Shown here piece by piece: positions 63,095 through 64,000 of a stretch of 64,000 bases of DNA (position 1 is the stretch's first letter; each line of letters begins with the position of its first letter). The translations under genes were made by a program, and so were the position numbers. The notes beneath the pieces were generated by a model. That model made no database searches, was not told where the DNA came from, and saw nothing but the letters and a program-made list of their open reading frames with translations. The stretch is from an uncultured Lishizhenia sp. (GTDB lineage: Bacteria; Bacteroidota; Bacteroidia; Flavobacteriales_D; Crocinitomicaceae): NCBI GenBank assembly GCA_964506255.1, contig CAZDKE010000005.1, positions 2,876 to 66,875 of the forward strand. The letters run 5' to 3'.

Positions 63095-64000
63095 AGAGAA
63101 AAAAAAGTTCTTTGTAGTAACAACAATTCCGTTGTCTTTTATTTTTTTTAAAGGTCAATTAAAGGTATTAAATGAAAACTTTGACGTTCATATTGTTTCC
63201 TCTCCCGAGCAGAAACTGTTTGACGTTGCAACTGCTGAAGGAGTAAAAGCCCACCCAATTTCAATGGCTCGAGAAATTTCATTATTAAAGGATTTCAAGG
63301 CGCTGATTGCATTCATAGTATTATTCTTAAAGGAAAAACCGTATTATGTACATGGTAACACTCCCAAAGGTTCTTTTCTTTCAATGCTTGCTGCTTTTAT
63401 TACCAGACGTCCTGTGAGAATCTACTATTTACATGGACTTAGGTATCAAGGCGCAGTTAGACTGAAACGAAAGTTGTTGATTTACATGGAGAAAATCACT
63501 TGTTTTTGCGCTACATCTATATTTGCTGTGAGTAATGGTGTGAAAGATATAGCAGAGAAGGAATTGACAAAAAAAAAGATTCAAGTTATAGGACATGGAA
63601 GTCCAAATGGTATTGATTTAGATTTCTTTAACCCAAACTTGTTTGATAAATCAGCACAAAGAAATTTATTAAATATTCCAGCTGATAATTTCGTTTTTGG
63701 ATTTGTTGGACGATTTGTAAAAGATAAAGGCCTAAATGAATTGATAGCAGTTTTCGATAGAATAAATGTTGAATTTCCGAAGACTAAATTACTGTTAGTA
63801 GGTTTTTTTGAAGACGAATTGGATCCGCTTGAAAGTAAAACGAAAGAAACTATAAATAATCATCCGTCAATAATAAACGTTGGTTTTCAGAAAGATGTAA
63901 GACCATTTTTAGTCGCCATGGATTGTTTTGTTTTTCCTTCATATCGCGAAGGATTTGGATTAACTTTAATTGAAGCAAATGCGATGGGAGTTCCTGTAAT
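63087..64000 (+). CDS. glycosyltransferase family 4, truncated by the right edge of the window
   Basis: Frame is open from ATG 63087 (MSEEKKKFFVVTTIPLSF...) to the window end. It includes the GT4 motif REGFGLTLIEANAMGVPV. Absent from the track because no stop lies in the window. Confidence 0.75.
   Translation, partial: MSEEKKKFFVVTTIPLSFIFFKGQLKVLNENFDVHIVSSPEQKLFDVATAEGVKAHPISMAREISLLKDFKALIAFIVLFLKEKPYYVHGNTPKGSFLSMLAAFITRRPVRIYYLHGLRYQGAVRLKRKLLIYMEKITCFCATSIFAVSNGVKDIAEKELTKKKIQVIGHGSPNGIDLDFFNPNLFDKSAQRNLLNIPADNFVFGFVGRFVKDKGLNELIAVFDRINVEFPKTKLLLVGFFEDELDPLESKTKETINNHPSIINVGFQKDVRPFLVAMDCFVFPSYREGFGLTLIEANAMGVPV

Overview
AT-rich 64-kb chromosomal window from a member of Bacteroidota, most likely Flavobacteriia (Crocinitomicaceae/Cryomorphaceae-like). 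The taxon guess rests on two giant proteins ending in the T9SS type-B (gliding-motility-associated) C-terminal domain, repeated TAnnTTTG -7 promoter boxes, and the protein families present. All family names come from reading the translations and from memory; no search was run. I count about 58 densely packed protein genes and saw no rRNA, tRNA, CRISPR array, transposase, integrase or phage gene.

Gene order, left to right:
- Truncated membrane protein, OM beta-barrel, DUF4956 + VTC-domain pair, GT9 heptosyltransferase.
- 1095-aa T9SS adhesin, M16 peptidase pair, FabK/nitronate-monooxygenase-like flavoenzyme, 1359-aa T9SS adhesin.
- M42 peptidase, YiiX-like hydrolase, an acidic/Lys-rich lipoprotein, and a gene broken by a frameshift plus a stop codon.
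- Exosortase (XrtK-like) with its 936-aa MSEP-CTERM substrate.
- A three-gene module (membrane protein, winged-helix regulator, DUF4173-like membrane protein) bracketed by two copies of a ~220-280 bp structured repeat.
- HU, an orphan LytS-type kinase, a CrtI-like oxidoreductase, SanA-like protein, Aat, AI-2E transporter, Cys/Met PLP enzyme, alkyltransferase-like (ATL) protein, DMT protein, FabI.
- dabA-dabB-SulP-DUF2490, a putative inorganic-carbon module.
- GH3, GreA-like protein, C26 amidotransferase, RecR, SmpB, OmpA/TSP3.
- A polysaccharide operon of at least 17 translationally coupled genes that runs off the right edge.

Most worth a second look:
- The XrtK/MSEP-CTERM pair.
- The paired structured repeats and the 118-nt hairpin around the regulator module, together with the duplicated promoter-overlapping palindrome.
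- The Dab/SulP/DUF2490 operon in an apparently heterotrophic lineage.
- The VTC/DUF4956 pair.
- The TupA-like ATP-grasp + CapA-like + uronate-epimerase combination in the polysaccharide locus.
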